Origin: Camelus ferus
Lineage: Eukaryota
Length of the DNA: 64,000 nucleotides
NCBI RefSeq assembly: GCF_009834535.1
Contig: NC_045696.1
Location: 32,118,001 to 32,182,000, forward strand
Direction of reading: 5' to 3'
The notes under the pieces: model-generated
What the model saw: only the letters and a program-made list of their open reading frames with translations
Databases searched by the model: none
What the model was told of the DNA's origin: nothing
Made by a program: the position numbers and the translations under genes
Shown here: positions 1 through 13,289 of the stretch, piece after piece
Position numbering within the stretch: position 1 is the stretch's first letter
How the letters are laid out: every line of letters starts with the position of its first letter

Positions 1-298
1 GGTGTTAGAGAATGTTCCAATTTCATTCTTTTACATGTATCTTCCTCTTGCCCCAGCACCACTTATTGAAGAGAATGTCTTGTCTCTATTGTATACTCTG
101 GTCTCCTTTGTCTTAGATTAATTGACTATAGGTCTGTGGATTTATTTCTGAGCTCTCTATTCTATTCCATAGATCTATGTGTCTGTTTTTGCACCAGTAC
201 CAAACTGTTTTGATTACTGTAGCTTTGTTGTATAGCCTGAAGTTGGAGCATATGATACTTCCAGCTTTGTTCTTATTACTCAAGATTGCTTTGGCAGA
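1..298 (-). mobile_element. LINE-1 ORF2 fragment (continues past the window start)
   Basis: ORF 113..307(-) [53 protein letters not shown] matches the post-RT segment of L1 ORF2p ([34 protein letters not shown]...IDQWNR). Confidence 0.95.
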
Positions 299-2044
299 GT
301 TTAGCATTTTAAATGGACACTTAAATAATGTGTAAAAATTAACTAGCTAGAAAAAGTAAAGAGTAGCAAGTGAACAGTTAGTCCTAAACATAAGACACAG
401 AAAAAAACCCATAATGTATTATTTAAATAGCTCTTAAATCTGGCATTGGAATATACCAGGTGTACCCAGAGATGATGCTGGCATTAACATTAGTGCCTTG
501 TATAGAATCCTAATGAATTTGGTGTTTGTTAAGTACTCATCAATGATGTTGACATTAACGGGGTGAAATGACAATTGTCTGTTAGGAAAATACTTCTGCT
601 AAGAAATGGAAAAGAAGGACCTGGCAACAGTCACTGGTCTAGCTGGCTTTGTCAGAAGAGCTAATGGAAATGCCAAATTTCTGGGAATTTGAGAGGAGAG
701 TTGGATATTCCTGGAGATTTTAGACTGGATAAATATTCCTATATAACTGTCTAAAAGAGTGAGTCTGACAAGGATCAATGCCTCTAAGATCAGCTGGTTC
801 AGCTACCTAAGATGCTGTCATTTCTGCGTGCAAATTATGTTTGCAGACGGCACTAACTCCAGAGTTTACATCTGTTAGTTTTCAATTGATGGAATGAGGT
901 AGGAGGCCCCTTAACTCATTCCTGGCTAAGTATTCATGTGTGAATTTTTCTATTACTTCTTGCATATATTATAAAAAAGTTACATTGGTTTTTATTTTAT
1001 TTTGAAAATTTTGATGCGAAAGAAGAACACATCTTCATTTTTCCCCAGTCAGATATGGTCTCATTTGATGGCAATACACCCATTCATTTATCAGCTGGAT
1101 GTTGAATTACCTTACATTTTACATTTAACTTTTCATGACTTGGTACTAACTGTCAGGGTGCTTCTTGTTAAGCAGCATAACTGGGCCCACTTATTCTTAG
1201 AATCTTATTGCCTGACAAGGTTTTAAACTTCATTGGGAAGTCTTGAGGATCTAATTTTCATTATATCAGTGGAAAAAAAAAATACAGGGAAGTAGGAACA
1301 GAGAAGAGACAGATTAGAAATCAAAAAGGAAAAGGACATACATAAATACAAGAGAGACAATAACCAATTGACTTCAGAGGTTGAAAAGGAGGCAGAAGGA
1401 ATTAAAAAAGATTAAAGCACTTTTTTAATATACAGAAAGTGTTTATGGCCTTATATGTATTTCATTTTGGTTATTTTTCTTTTTTTTTTTCTTAAAGACA
1501 CCAAGAAAATTAGGTTTTGGGCTCATGTCTTCCATCTCTGTACTTTTAGAATGGAGATGAGCCTGAATGACTTATAACCAATGGAATCTTTAGTATGCAT
1601 TTTAGAGAAAAGGTAGCAAGAAAACGAACAAAAAAGGTAGTATTGGAAGGATTGGGGAAAAGAGAATACAGAGCTGGTGAAATGTGTTGTTGGGATAGCT
1701 TTGGCTTTCATTGCTTGTATAATAAGCTCTCCCAGGGGATCTACTTAAGAGAACCAGCCTAGTTTTTAGGAATATTTTCGGATAGGGCTTATTCTCAGAT
1801 TGTGGATCACAGGAAGAGGCTGAGAATAAGTGGACCTAAACTTTCTCTCAACATTTGGCATGTCTTCTAGTATTTAGGGCTTCTTTTATCTGGTATTTTT
1901 AATCTCTGCCTGCAGATTCAAACACTGAGAGATGGAAGTGGCTTCAAAAGATTAATAGGGAAAAATGTGTAAAAGTTACCTGTGGTTGATAGGATCTGAG
2001 TGAAAGATGGATTTTATATAAATGGTGGACCTACTTAAGTCACA

Positions 2045-2180
2045 GCCCTAAAGGAGGCAGGAGTCCTGGGTTCTCATTTCAAAATTGCAACTACCTAAAT
2101 GTGTAGCTTTGGATAATTAACCTACTCTCTCTGATGTTTGTGTGTAAAGGAGAACTGTACCAGATGACATTGATTCCAGT
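2045..2180 (+). mobile_element. MIR/MIR3 SINE fragment
   Basis: GGCAGGAGTCCTGGGTTCT...TGTGTAGCTTTGGATAATTAACCTACTCTCTGA resembles the degenerate MIR core. Confidence 0.6.
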
Positions 2181-4091
2181 CACTTTATTTATTTCATTTT
2201 TGAATAATTACAAATTCCTGGGCCTTGGTAACATCTAATTTTAATTTTAAAAATATAAAATTCACTATCACATATATAACAGTAAAAGATACTCAGTATT
2301 TCAACCCCCTAAAAGTCACATGGTGACCTGTTGACTCTTAACAAAAAAAAACAGTTACGTTTTCTTTTACAAGAGTTCCTTATCATACTGGTAAATAGAG
2401 GGTGTCCCAAAAGGGATTTTGGGACAATTATTTTCAACTAATTGAAAGCTCTTTTTAAAATGTGAATACCTATAAGGAGCGTTTAGGTATCTGGGAAAGT
2501 TGAAAAATGAGTAGAACATTTTTTTAAAACAACTCAATATCCCTATATATTACCACCCCCACCCCCCACCAATAAAAAGGAACATGTTATGAAACCACAA
2601 AAGCTGAGGTTAAATCAACCTAAGAAAACAAGGGAAAACTGAAAACTAACAGGGTGTTTGATACAGTAACTAGACTGTCAAGTCCTGTATTTTATTATAT
2701 CCCGGTGCTAGCACTACAAAATAAACAGAATGAACTGAGCCATCTCACATCATGTTAAGGGCTAAGAGTATTTCTGCCTCTAACATCCCATGATTCTATT
2801 ACTGACAGTAAAGTTGAAATAATTTTCTAACTCTTCATTCTAAGCATTTAGAACTCTGTCGATTCTTGGCATTAAAGTTACCTATAGAATAAAAAGAATA
2901 TTTTTACTACATCATAAAAATTCCTTCCCTAGGCTTGACTGTGACCTGCCCCTGTTTCTCTCTTCCTGTGGCAGGTATTGAAAGACTGTCATATGTGTCT
3001 TATGACACATAAATGTACTAGCTAATTCGTATTGCAATGGTCATTGCAAAAATAATTTGTGGATTTTATTGTAAGCCCTCTGAAACTTTTTTCTTCTTCA
3101 GTTTTCCAAAATCACTCTTTAGATCATATTTGGCAGTCATATTCTGACCTGCAGTAGAGCTACCCGTCTATTCAATTTATCTATCTTTATAATCTTTAAG
3201 GTACGTGCATCTACTCATTTCTTTGTTCCCTGCACTACTTAGCAAAGTGTTTTATTAAAATATTTTTATTTACTTAGGTGGGATTTCCAGCTCTGATTTG
3301 CTTATAGGCAAGATTTTGATGGGAAATTTTTCCTTCACAAACTTCAGAATTAATTATGGGATAAGATTAAGCTTCTTGATTGTGAAACCAATTTACATAT
3401 AGCATCATATAAATAATTGATTGACTAAAAAAAATGAACATATGTATTTCATGTAGCCTGTTGTGGAATATAGTAATCTATTTCTAAATAAGATATGTAA
3501 AAAACAAATAAAAATAAATATTATGCTTGTTTTCCAAAGATTCAGTAGAATTTAGCAGTCTTCTGACTACCAGAAGATTGAAGAGAATTTTTAAATATAT
3601 GGAAGCCTGACATGTGCTTGTTGTTTTGAGCAGAAATACTGTTTACACACAGAATGTATTCATCTATAAAAGATTAAATTATTTATTCAACTCTTGATTT
3701 AAACTCTAAAGAAGTGAAGAGTTTAGCCATTGAGATATAATGGCAAAGAATCTGCTTTTCTTGATATTTTAAAGGCAGAGATAGAAAAATCATTTTTTCA
3801 GTCATGACTTAGTTATGAATAGTTTGGATGCAAAGCATGAAAACATTGTTATATCTGTCTTTGTTACAAGTCAGCTTTTGAAAATAATGGTGGTTGTTGA
3901 GTACTATGGCTCTGTCAACATTATGGCATATCTCCTGTAGTAAACTTAAAGACTTTTCCAGTTTTTTCATACTTTGTTCAACTCTGTAAATGACTATTTT
4001 CTTCCAATATTACCTTTTATAAACATTTATTTATAAAATGTTTACTTTATTATCATTAATTTGTATTTAGCTTCTTAAGACTTTCATTTTA

Positions 4092-4215
4092 GGGGGAAGG
4101 TGTAGCTCAGTGGTAAAGCACATGCTTTGCACATGTAAGGTCCTGGGTTCAGTCCCCAGTACCTCCATTGAAAAAATAAATAAATAACCTAATTACTACC
4201 CCCCTCCGAAAAAAA
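4092..4215 (+). mobile_element. tRNA-Ala-derived camelid SINE (vic-1-like), long-tail form
   Basis: GGGGGAAGGTGTAGCTCAGTGGTAAAGCAC...GGTCCTGGGTTCAGTCCCCAGTACCTCCA contains pol III A and B boxes, then an A-rich tail. TSD AAGACTTTCATTT (4077-4089) / AAGGCTTTCATTT (4214-4226). Confidence 0.92.
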
Positions 4216-4970
4216 GGCTTTCATTTCTTACAATATAAAATAACATATGAAGTTTAAATATATGTATATTAAATATATGTATAATATATTCTTTATTTAT
4301 AACATGCAAGAGATCCCTGTTTAATTTTTTAAAGTAAATTAGGTCATAACCTGGAACATTCTATTATATTTAAAGAAGTCATTTTCTTTTCACTGTCAGT
4401 AATAAGAAAATATACAACTGTTTAAACATTTTATGCATTTACATAAAGTATGAAAAAAATTTTAAAAGCCTTACTTTCTTCCAGCAAAGATATTCCATTT
4501 TATAAAAATGAAATAATATTATATATAATGAATTCAATTAAAATTTATTTCTACATTATATAAATTATGAATCATCTAATATTGACCTTATTAATAAAAT
4601 CCCAGTATCATAGTATTATTTAGATTGATGGAGCCAATTATATGCATAGCTGCAGGACACAAAAAGTACCAAGATTCACTTATTTGATATATAGTCTTAT
4701 TTTTTGTATTTTTTATTGGTTCTTTACTAGCAAGAATATACAATTTTGGAGATATCCAAAAAAGAGTCAGTATTAAAATTAAAAGTGCCTTTTAATTTTC
4801 TAAGTAATATTTTTAAGATAAAATCTTGGCATAGTGATGGATATATCATAATATTAATTTATATATAAAAATTATTAACAAATTTTTTTCACTCTATGAT
4901 CTGACTTACTCTGAGGATTCCTGTAACTAGAAATTTAAAAAATAAGATTCATAGAATCATGGAGAAGAAA

Positions 4971-5033
4971 TTGACACATGATAACTGACTGTACTTCAAT
5001 TAAAAAAAATCGTGAAAAAAAAATTAAAAGAAA
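4971..5033 (+). mobile_element. Ultra-short L1 3' terminus with poly(A)
   Basis: TTGACAC...AACTGACTGTACTTCAATTAAAAAAAA matches the end of the L1 at 12181-12499. Flanked by the exact repeat AGAATCATGGAGAAGAAA (4953-4970 and 5034-5051). Confidence 0.88.
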
Positions 5034-5547
5034 AGAATCATGGAGAAGAAAAACCACTTCTGTCTTTGGCCTGTATGTAGCAAATCTAAAAACTGGTTCA
5101 ACGAAACACAAGGAAGGGATCTAGGAAGAAAAATGTACTTTATCTTTTTCATATGACCTATTGCTTTTTCTTGCTATGTCCAAACAGCAGTTGAAAATTC
5201 TATATTTCTGATCTTCACCTACACCTTGAAACTTACCTAGGATCCTTATTTTGAGAAATACTAGAGTAAACAGAACCAAATCCTTAAACATTTTATTTTA
5301 AAGGAAAAGAAAAATAACCCACAGTTGTTATGGTTTTAGAAGTCCTGAGAAATCAAATCTTTCGAACTAAGGGGTTGTAATGACTTTAATTAAATATAAT
5401 CTAAATTCTTAAAATAAAAATGTTTATTTTCAGGAAATTTTATTGATTTAGTTAATAAAAAATTGTAGTCAACAAAATCCTTTTTAAGGTACACATTATT
5501 AATTTTATTATATAGGCTTAGTGGCAAAGTTTCTCCCTATCTGTATA

Positions 5548-6745
5548 TGTGTAGTTACCTATTGCTACGTAACAAAATATCCCTCAATGTAGCAGCTTAC
5601 AGGACACCTATTTATTTTCTCACAGAGCTTGGGAGGGTTGGAGGTCTGGGTGCAGGTTTACTGGCTGGTTTTGGCTCAGGGTTTCTCACAAGGTTGCAGA
5701 GGCTACAGTATCTCAGGCTCAGGTTGTGCTTGTGTTGCTGGTAGATGTAGCCAGTGTCCAGATTCTTGTCCCATCCCAGAATTCAGAGACAAGATGCAGA
5801 GGTTAAGAAGGTAAAGAGGGGATTTATTAGGTGTAAGATAGTAAACTCCCAAGGGGAGAGTGGGCAGGCTGAAGTGAGCAGCTGCCCATGAGCTTTTTTG
5901 TCAAGTTGGTTACCTAGAGTGTAAAGATGAATGGGTGGAATATTCATTGGTAGCGGAAGGGTCCTGGGTCATATTCCCTGATTTTCATCCCAACTCCACC
6001 TTCCTGAGGGGAGGAGGGATTTTTGTCCATGTTTGGTTTGGATCAAAAGTGTCATAGCATCGTTGCATGATGGGCACTTCTAATCTTTAAGCCTAATTTT
6101 ATTGAAATGAAGGCATAATGAGTAAGAGGTTACATTCAGACACTGGCAATTTCTGCCTTTTCCCCACCTTTCTTTGTTGGCCTCCAGGCTGCTCATCATC
6201 TCAAAAGCTGTGACCACTTATCAGCCCAGGGATTCCTGCTTTTCTTTGTTGTCCAGGGACTCATGGTGCGTATATGATGTAGGGTTTCCTGTACTTGGCC
6301 TGTGTCCCTCCTTTCTGTGTAATTCCTGCCATTTGGCTGTGTCCCCCTTTCTCTGTTCATATCTGGCTATATGCCTGCTCTAACACTTCCAAGCTTATTC
6401 ACATGGTTGGTAGCAGCCTTCAGTTTGTCGTGGGCCTCAGTTCCTCAGTTGTCTTTCGGCTAGGAGCTTCAATTCCTAGCCATGAAGATTTGTCCCAGGA
6501 CTGCTTACAATATAGCAGCTTGCTTCCCCCAGAGCCAGGGTGAGAGAGACTGAGAGAAGATCTGAGTGTTTGAGATGGAAGTCCTTGTCTTTTATAACTT
6601 GATTTAGGAAATGACATACATCACCTCTGCTATATGCTTTTGGTGACACTGAATAACTCTAGTACAAATTGGAAAGAGACTACATAAAGGCATGAATACC
6701 AGAAGGTAGGAGGCCCTGGGAGTCATTTTGGGGCCTATCTAGCAT
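5548..6745 (-). mobile_element. MLT1-type (ERVL-MaLR) solo LTR, split by a younger LTR at 5733-6385
   Basis: Typical antisense MLT1 text: TATTGCTACGTAACAAAATATCCC...TTTATTTTCTCACAG...GGCTCAGGGTTTCTCACAAGGTTGCAG. It resumes with CTTCCAAGCTTATTCACATGGTTGGT...AAGGCATGAATACCAGAAGG. Confidence 0.85.
5733..6385 (-). mobile_element. ERV solo LTR (ERV1-like), 653 bp
   Basis: TGTT...AACA termini, probable 4-bp TSD CTTG/CTTC (one mismatch), minus-strand AATAAA at about 5823-5828, and GC content above that of the flanks. Confidence 0.8.
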
Positions 6746-7449
6746 GTTCTATTTCTTTTTAAAGTTACTTCCTAGAAACACAAAATCATCTTCTGACGTA
6801 AGAGAAAGAGTTACAGTTTGATAATATAATTGTTTTTAAAAGTTCAAACTGCCAACATTCTTATATTTTGATAGGACATTCCATTTTTGTTATATCATAT
6901 ATATACATACACACATATGTAAATATATAGAAATAGAAATTTTTATATAGTTTTATATTATTTTACCTAAACCAGAAAAATACATCTAGAAGTTATTTTC
7001 TATGGTTGAACTGTTCATTGGGAAAATGTGGCACTTTTGAAAAATAAGTTAGCAGCTATAATTTACTGAAATTTTACTTCCATATTTTTTCACTAGATAA
7101 AAACTTGTTAATCATCATATGATACTTACTTAGAATGAATTTGCTTCATGATTATCTAAGTTTATTCACATTTTACTGCATCCCAAACAGCTCCATATAT
7201 ACTCCCAAGCATATACATTTAGACTCTTTGGTATTTCATTGTTTCTAAAACAATACCTTACATTGGATGCTCTTCCATGCAGATGAACCTTTTTTTAGGA
7301 AGTACTGTTTGTAAAATGTGTAAGATATTTATTATGCTAAGCATTTGAGATCATTCAAAGATGATTATTATAATGACTGCTCACAAGAAACCTTGAATTG
7401 TCTTTGGGAAAAACAAATTCACAGGAGATTCCATTATTTGAGCTAAGAT

Positions 7450-8800
7450 AATTATCATAAGTGAAGCACAAAGAGAGTGCTTTGTGGGTTCAAGGAAAAG
7501 GGTTATCAAATGGCCTTTGGTAAGGAGAGAAAGAAAACTTTTATGGATTTTTTTGAGCTAGGTCTTAAACAATGGTTGAGGTTTCCAAAGGGGTGAACTA
7601 GGATGGAGTTTCCTTGGTGAAGAGTTTAGAACTAGCAGGACTAGGGAACATGTTTGGAGGATGCAAAATCGTCTTGCTGATTTGGGGAACACACGATTGT
7701 CTTACTTGGATGAAACTTAATAAGCAGGTGTTATATGATTATAAAGGCATCTCTGAGGAATATTGAGAAGGATTCTAAACACTAGATTGAGGTGTTAATT
7801 CTTAATTTGGGTGGAAATGGACATCCATTTTGAGCAAGAGAGAGACAGGAGCACATAGGTGCTTAGATTAATCTAGAAGCATATATCTGAATGAATTATT
7901 GTAAGAAAAGATGGATGAAAATTCATTAGGCAAAGAGAGAAGTCCACAAGGACGTAAAGTAACTTAGTGAAGCAGATTCATTCCTACGCTATAAGGACAG
8001 TTCAAGGCCAGCCTCCTCTAGAATGTTCACAGTGAGAATGGGAAGAAGGAAGCTGAATGAGAAACATGGAGAAGCACTAATTATATGAATAAATGTTTTT
8101 TTAAAAAATAAGCAAAGAAAAGTAAAAAATATTCTAAACAAATTTAAGCAATTGGAACAATCAGAAGAAAGGGAAATAAGGAGAGAAAATGGTTTATGGG
8201 ATGGATATAATTATGAGTTTGAATTTAGCTCAACAGATGTAGGATTCATTGCCTCCTCCTTTGCACATTTTAATCTCAGGTAAACACCTGTCCATCCGTC
8301 TTTCAAGAAAAACTTGGAACTAGAGCCAAAGACCACAGTTTGGATAGAGATAAAGTAAGGGTAAATAGAAATGGATGTAGATAAAATACTTGAGTGAAAG
8401 GGCATTAGAGAGTGAAGAGCAACCTCAAGGGTCATCTATATGGTGGAAATAAATGAGACCCAACAAAGAGTGAGATGGAGCATTTGGAGGAGTAACTAAC
8501 ACCTTTATGCCATACCTAAGATTCAAAGCATTTGACGGAGCAGGTAGTTAGCAATTTCAGATGCTACAGAGAATTTTAGAAGGTGGATAAAAATTTTTGA
8601 AAGGACACATCTAATTTTTTGAAAGCAGTTGGAAAGAAGTAATGAAGACAGATTGTATGGATTTAAAGAAGGAGTGACTAGTAAGTAAATGGACTTACTA
8701 GAAATACATCATTTTTTCAAGAAATAAAGGTGAAAAGAAGAGAGAATATGATAGTATAAGGAGATATTAAAGTTGAAATTAGTTTGTATTTATTTGGAAG
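7450..8800 (-). mobile_element. LINE-2 fragments
   Basis: Long purine-rich degenerate tract with L2 antisense signatures (TTTGAGCTAGGTCTTAAAC, TTTTGAGCAAGAGAGAGACAGGA, CAATTTCAGATGCTACAGAG). Confidence 0.65.
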
Positions 8801-9644
8801 TTGCAAACAGATTATTAGAGGAAGAGTCGAATTTCTGAAAATATTCGCAACTCTAGATACTTTGGCATAAGGCTCAACCGATGATCTGATCCAACAATAT
8901 ACTGTAATGTTCTTCCTTTCTCATTTTTATCTTCATGTGAAAATAAGTGTTTCCCCAGTTGAATTCTTATTTCAGCCATAGGGAAAAATAATTCCTATCC
9001 TGAAGTAATTTTGCTAAATATTAACTTTTAAACAATAGAGTTGATGTCCTGTATTTCTCACTTGATTTCAACAAAATCCTGCCAATCAAGTTTTTGTATA
9101 GCTTTTGTCACCTTGTCTTGATTTTAAAATCTATTATTATTGACTCTACAGCTAATTTTTTTTTTAGAAGTTAGGTGTGTAATAAGGTTCTCTGCAAAAT
9201 AAACTCTTAATCTTAAACACAGTACTATTGTGTTTAAGTTTCAGGCTTGTTTCCATGACATGGAGGAAAATAGTATTCATTTATGTAACCTGAGGGTTTC
9301 ATTTTGTTATGAAAATTCAGGTTAAAAGTCATTGAAAGACAGAGAGAAGAGCATTATTAGACTGGAATAAATATGACTTAGGAAAGGGAATCAGAAAACT
9401 TAAAAAAAAATACTGCTTAACAGTGCTGCATAATGTGTGGTGAATACGTGTTATCAGAATGACTGTATTTCAGAACAAACTTGTCAGAATCTCAATCAGA
9501 TTTTGCAACTCCTGACAACATTCTGGGCAGATAGCTGTAGGTGTCTTCATTTGAAAAGAACATGGACATGTTCTCACTATAATTATCGCTTTGCAGTATG
9601 TGTGTATGTGTGTATACGTGTAATTATAGGATATGTAAAAAAAC

Positions 9645-9820
9645 AGCTTAATCAAAAAGTATGGAGTTTGGTATCAGAAGTCATGAGTTTTATTCTTAGG
9701 ATTGGTCTTTATCTTTGTGCAAATTAGGGGAGAAGAAGTGACCATTCTAAGTCCTTTTTTATCCTCTGAAATGAAGGAAATGGTGCTACTTGCCTGTTTA
9801 GGTTAGTGAAAGCAGTAAAT
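9645..9820 (+). mobile_element. MIR SINE fragment
   Basis: AAAAGTATGGAGTTTGGTATCAGAAGTCATGAGTT...TTATCCTCTGAAATGAAGGAAAT resembles MIR. Confidence 0.55.
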
Positions 9821-9974
9821 CAGTCCGTGGATAATTCGAAGTTGCTAGGGGGACTTTTCTTAGAACAGCGTGTTGTTCTTGAAGACTGGCCCTTCTATAG
9901 CTGCCATGTGTGTGCGCAGAAGAACAATTGACAAATTACCTTCACTTTCAATATTACTTAAAAATAGGTTCTGT

Positions 9975-10495
9975 CTTTTAATTAGGCACACTAACTAATG
10001 TAATAACTCCAAAACCTCAGTGATTTAACACAATGAAGTTTATTTCTCTCATTTCACAGTTTGATGTGGTTTGGAAAAACCTCCAAGCAGTGATTCAGGA
10101 CCCCAGGCTATCTCCACCTCGTAGGTTTCAGTGATCCTGTGGCTTTAAGACTAGCATGCCTTTTGCCATCCATCAGCAGATAAAAAGAGAAGAGCTCTGG
10201 GGAGGTCCACTGGATACTCAACTTCCTGGCTCAGCAGTGCACCCTTATTCCACTAGCCAGAGCTAGTCACATGAACCAACTTAAATATCAGAGTGATAGG
10301 AAATTTTCTGGCTAAAATATAGTTAAGAACAAGGAGGTCAAAACTTAGGTGATCACTATAGAATGACTAACCATTCTAGTTTACTGAAACTTTCCTAGTT
10401 TGAGCATTGAAAGTTCTGCATCTTGGGAACCTCCTCAGTCCTGAGCAAACCAGGACAGTTGGCTACTCTAGCCCTGTCAACCATGGGTGCCACAG
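9975..10495 (-). mobile_element. Old MLT1 (MLT1J/K-like) MaLR LTR containing a MER81 insertion
   Basis: CCAAAACCTCAGTGATTTAACACAATGAAGTTTATTTCTCTC...ATTCCACTAGCCAGAGCTAGTCACATG...ending TGCCACA. Confidence 0.75.
10359..10470. mobile_element. MER81-like hAT-Blackjack MITE
   Basis: 112 bp with degenerate TIRs TAGAATGACTAA / TTGGCTACTCTA (consensus TAGGGTGACCAA) and internal AGCATTGAAAGT...CCTCAGTCCTGAGCAAACCAGGACAG. Confidence 0.8.
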
Positions 10496-10634
10496 GCTTG
10501 AATGAAATGCTTTATTTATATACATAATTAAATTTCATAGTAGAGAAATGAGAATAGCAACAAGAGCTCCAAAATATTATCCAGGAATTACAGTTTAAAC
10601 CTGAAATTAGCCCAGGGAATAAGCAATAACAGAA

Positions 10635-10850
10635 GCCACTATTAATCGTCATTAATTGAGAGCCTACAGGGTGCCAAGCAAATTATATATAATCACCAAG
10701 AGAATAGCCCAGTAAAGTATATAAAATACTCCATTTAAAGTGATGGAACTTGAGGTTCAGAAAGGTTAACTGACCAGTCCAAAATCACACTCTCCTAAAA
10801 GGTAGACAAGATTCTAAAACAGCTGCAAATGCCAAGTTCTTTCCTTCAGG
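10635..10850 (-). mobile_element. MIR SINE
   Basis: TTGAGAGCCTACAGGGTGCCAAGCA...CCATTTAAAGTGATGGAACTTGAGGTTCAGAAAGGTTAACTGACCAGTCCAAAATCACAC is the antisense MIR core. Confidence 0.75.
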
Positions 10851-12180
10851 TCACTGATCTTAGATGATCACACATACACACACATTTGAAATGATGTGGA
10901 CTCCTAACCATACCATTTTCAATGTGTACAGATGTAGTCATCTTCCAAACAGAGATACCATGATTGATCAACCTTTGAGCTTTGAAGAACAAATTACTTT
11001 CTGGGACAGTTAATTTTTTCTTCTCTTAAAAATGGATTGGAATAGGTTTTAATATCAAGTAAAAACTATTGTGTCTAGGACTGATCCTAAATTAAGTAAT
11101 TGAAGTTTTTAAATATAAAGATTGTCATAACAATTGGACCCTCTTTATGTTGTCCGGTGGTTTCAGTGAGAAACATTTTGAATTCCTGTTTAAAATATCC
11201 GAAGAGGTAACACCCGGTATAGCCCTTTAATAGAGTTAAGTATTTTTTTGCTGCCATTTTCTATAGGATTAGGTAATAAATGCTTTGGCTGCTTAGATCA
11301 GAGTTTTCCATACTCTCACTGATCATGGAAACAATTTAAAAATTATAATAGGTATCTAGCTATCAGCAATAAGTCATGAGGTAGAATGATCACATCAATC
11401 AGATTTGAGGTAAAAATAGTGATGTGCATATATCCATAACTGTAATGAACAGTTTCATTTTATTCATGATTTATCCTTTACAAGTGAATGAAATAGAAAC
11501 ATAAATAATGTTATCTGATTAAGAGTAAAGAGTACAAATAATGAAGAAAAAGAGAAGCATCTTTCATTTTACATTTTGGTTATAGTACTCAGCTTAAAAA
11601 GTATCACCTTTAGAATGAGAACATCTTTCTCTGTCTTTATCACATATCAGTTTAATATTAGCTATGAAGTTGAGAAATCAGATAAAGTATCGTATATGTG
11701 TGTATATTTATACACATTATACACAAATATATATTTATGTGTATATATTACATACATATATTATCTATAGTATTATATGTATAACAATACATAGAAACAT
11801 ATTTCTATGAATTTTATTATTTTTGAAACATAATGTAAAATGCCATTTTTTCATAGTTATTTTGTAGCAGAGGAGAAAACTAGAACTGACATTTTGGGTG
11901 CTTATCATATCATTCAGGGAGTCATGTTATATATATATATATATTTTTTTTTCTTTAGAAACAAAGCTGCTTATGTCATCTTTACAGTGAAATAGTTCAA
12001 ATTTTTTTTCTGTTTTTATTACAGTTTTAAAAGCACAGGGTCCTGCTTTTCATTTTCAGCATGTGTTCCCCAGTAAATTGGTAAATGCTTCTGATACATC
12101 AATGAACGAAAATTACAAGTTGGTGCATCAGGCAGGTGACTTTACACGTTACATCTTGGAATCTATCAAGAATGGCACCA

Positions 12181-12499
12181 AAACACAAATGAACTTATTT
12201 ACAAAACAGAAACAGACTCACAGACATAAAAAGCAAACTTATGGTTACTGGGGAAAAGAGGGCGAGAAGGGATAAATTAGAAATTCAAGATTGCAGATAC
12301 TAACTACCATATATAAAATAGATAAACAACAGGTTTCTACTGTATAGCCCAGGGAACTATACTCAATATCTTGTTGTAACCTATAATGAAAAAGAAATTG
12401 AAGAGGAATATATGTGTGTATATGTATAACTGAGTCATTATACTGCACACCAGAAATTGACACAACATTCTAAACTGACTATACTTCAATAAAAAAAAA
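12181..12499 (+). mobile_element. 5'-truncated L1 (3' UTR plus poly(A)), cetartiodactyl/camelid type
   Basis: ACAAATGAACTTATTTACAAAACAGAAACAGACTCACAGAC...CTACTGTATAGCCCAGGGAACTATACTCAATATC...GACTATACTTCAATAAAAAAAAAA. TSD AAGAATGGCACCA (12168-12180) / AAGAATGACATCA (12500-12512). Confidence 0.93.
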
Positions 12500-13289
12500 A
12501 AGAATGACATCATTTCTGAAAAAGATAAACATTATGGAATAAGCCTAGCTATGGAAATATGCCCAGAATTTTTTTTCCTTCTCATATTTAAAAATACTCT
12601 TTAGAGGAATATATTGCTAGCATCTATTTGTGTTAAGTTTGGGAAGACCTATTATGATCTCACACAATTCAGTCTGGGAATTCCTAATGGAATTAGGTTG
12701 TCCCATTAAAGTATAACATGCCTGTTTCTTCCACTGTGTCTCCCCATCCAGGGGCTGAAGCGTTTTATCACTCATACCTTTCCTCTAATAACACTGTACA
12801 TTTCTGTCAATGTCACTGAGCTACTAAGAAAGGGAATGAAATGACATAGGAACAAAACGGCTTAAGAACCCAGGGCTTATCGATGGTATTGGACAAAAAG
12901 AAGAAAGAACAGCTTGACATGAGATCATCTGGAACACTGCCAGAGTAACACTGTCTGTCTTCTAAATTTGTTTATAGGAATTCCCTTGAGAACACCAGGC
13001 TTCCCAAAATCCCCATCTGCAGATGTTCTAAGCATCTCTGGTCTTTGTCATATATTTTACCCTGATTATTGAGTTTGTAATTGATGCTTGTATACACTTG
13101 AAGCTTGTAACTTCAGAGACTAAATACAGAAACATCTTTATTTTTGGAGCAGCAACACAGAAATGGTCCTCCTTGGGTCTTTCTTATTTTCCTAGTAGTC
13201 TTTATTCAAGAACAAAGGTAGATTTCTACTCCCCAAAAGAAATGTTTCAATTGTCATTTATTTAATTCTCAAACTTTTCTGATAATTGC

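Noticed and set aside
113..307. Protein-coding ORF
   Set aside because: Fragment of a dead L1 ORF2.
4092..4168. tRNA-Ala gene
   Set aside because: Stems and anticodon region are degenerate, and it has an A-rich tail and TSDs, so it is a SINE. The same applies to 15598-15699.
9212..9238. Hairpin CTTAAACACA-n7-TGTGTTTAAG
   Set aside because: Too short for a pre-miRNA and AT-rich, so plausibly chance.
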